A stretch of DNA of 64,000 nucleotides from Podarcis bocagei (lineage: Eukaryota): the NCBI GenBank assembly GCA_964188305.1, contig OZ076899.1; one strand, given 5' to 3'. Below the pieces are notes generated by a model. It did not search any database, was not told the DNA's origin, and worked only from the letters and a program-made list of their open reading frames with translations. Numbering within the stretch: the first letter of the stretch is position 1; the number at the start of each line of letters is the position of its first letter. Shown in pieces: positions 62,753-64,000 of this stretch. Position numbers and translations under genes: made by a program.

Positions 62753-63716
62753 GTAAGATGCATGCAGGAATGCAACAACTTGACATGTTTCACCGTTCTA
62801 CACAGAATAATCACATTCAACTTTCTGTACATATTTCCATAAGGAGCAGCCATGGGGAGACTAAGGGAGACACACACCCCTTTTAAAACTCTGTCACTAT
62901 CAAAGTTTTGCCTTCCTTTTGGCTTTCTTCCCCTCTTTAGTAGGCTGAAAGTTTCAAAGCCCTCATATTCTCTGATCATCATTCTTCATTGGCTGGCTGC
63001 TAGCAGCCTAATCCAGCCAAGATCACATCATTAGCATGAACCTAGGACTGAATAATATATAAGTAAGCTGACAACTATCATGCTCTTCTGCACCATGGTA
63101 GCTGTAATGAGTGGAGAAGGCTTTCTCTGTATTCTGTACCCTGTGTGTTGATTTATGCCTATTAGAGCATTCTTCCCATGCCTGCAGTTGTGTAGTACAC
63201 CTTTCTCTGGAAACAGTGATTATCTTAATTCTTAGCAGAATAGCGGCTAATGATCCTACAGCACATTCTTATATATGCATCCTCCCAACTAAATTCAGCA
63301 GTGTTTATTTCCAGATAAGTGTGTAGCACTACAACCTTAGTTGGATCAATCCTTTGGAAAAGTGTCCCAGATCTGCAAAATGTTTTCCTTTAGCTAGTAA
63401 AATTGTGTTAACTTAAATATGCATAAGCCTCTTCCTTCTTTGGGATCAAAAATGATATGAGATCTGTATTTGTTGAATTCTACTTTATTGATTTTTCTTT
63501 TCCCTACACTGAAACTTGGTTGAATAATTAATAAAATACATTTAAGAAAGAGCAAATGGGATCACAAAAGCATCCTTATTTAGGTAGAAACATGGGGTGT
63601 GCAGCATCCAGACCAGCACAATCCCCATGGTGATCCCTACATGGTGCAGAGCATGCATAACCATATTTTAGGGAAAGGTGTGTGACATAATGAATAAAGA
63701 ACTCTCTGTGTTACAG

Positions 63717-63777
63717 ATTTCCAGTGTTCACAGCCAGCAAATGGATGACCTCTTTGATATTCTCATTAAAAGCGGAG
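63717..63777 (+). CDS. MRTFB: MRTFB exon (ISSVHSQQMDDLFDILIKSG)
   Basis: Acceptor ctgtgttacag, donor gtgagt; conserved SQQMDDLFDILI motif. Confidence 0.95.
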
Positions 63778-64000
63778 GTGAGTCAGATTGAAATGCATCA
63801 TATGGTAGAGAGAGCTTCCTATTCTTATTTTTGATTTAACAAGAACAGCTGGCAGGGAGGGGTAGCACTGTGGGTTTGACGGCCCAGCACTGGCTTTGCT
63901 GCTACTTACAAGGATCGGGTAGGGCAACAGCGAGGTTTGCGGTGGTGTGGGAATGCTGGATTGGCTCCACTTGTGCTGATGCCCTGCCTGCTCCTACACG

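Larger units (their letters stand above)
19570..63777 (+). other. MRTFB: MRTFB (MKL2) gene, multi-exon; 3' terminal exon outside the window
   Basis: 14 exons splice in consistent phase into a myocardin-family protein: RPEL repeats (RRTREQLVDQGIM, RPDRSELVRMHIL, RPGPMELVEKNIL), basic region KKLKYHQYIPPDQK, Q-rich region, SAP domain, leucine zipper, DPPRYEEA and QMDDLFDILIKSG. The MIDSSKKQQQGFPEIL N-terminus is characteristic of MRTFB rather than MRTFA or MYOCD. Confidence 0.96.

Noticed and set aside
62430-63675. CArG-like boxes suggesting SRF autoregulation
   Set aside because: The candidates have 7-8 A/T between CC and GG rather than the required 6.

Overview
This is vertebrate genomic DNA. 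The Sauria SINE, Squam3-like SINEs, young L2 LINE and BovB fragments point to a squamate, most likely a lacertid lizard. The window holds most of the MRTFB (MKL2, myocardin-related transcription factor B) gene on the + strand: an alternative first coding exon (MIDSSKKQQQG..., 19570) and 13 downstream coding exons whose splice phases all fit. These encode RPEL x3, basic/Q-rich, SAP and leucine-zipper regions. One intron uses a GC donor, and the last exon lies beyond the window. The most unusual element is a 4.63-kb endogenous retrovirus inserted antisense in an MRTFB intron (23969-28598). It has two 338-bp LTRs with no difference I could find by eye, a 6-bp TSD, a PBS matching elongator tRNA-Met, a betaretrovirus-like gag cut off at NC and only a ~270-bp RT remnant. 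Its long open gamma-type env frame carries an extra N-terminal Cys-containing segment behind a second furin site. Its leader has four repeats in which a splice donor lies in a hairpin with compensatory base changes. The window also contains an L2 LINE with an intact 1047-aa APE-RT ORF, many hAT and Tc1/mariner-type MITEs (one 2 kb long, carrying cargo and a 119-bp minisatellite), SINEs and microsatellites. All family and homology calls come from motif recognition, not database searches.
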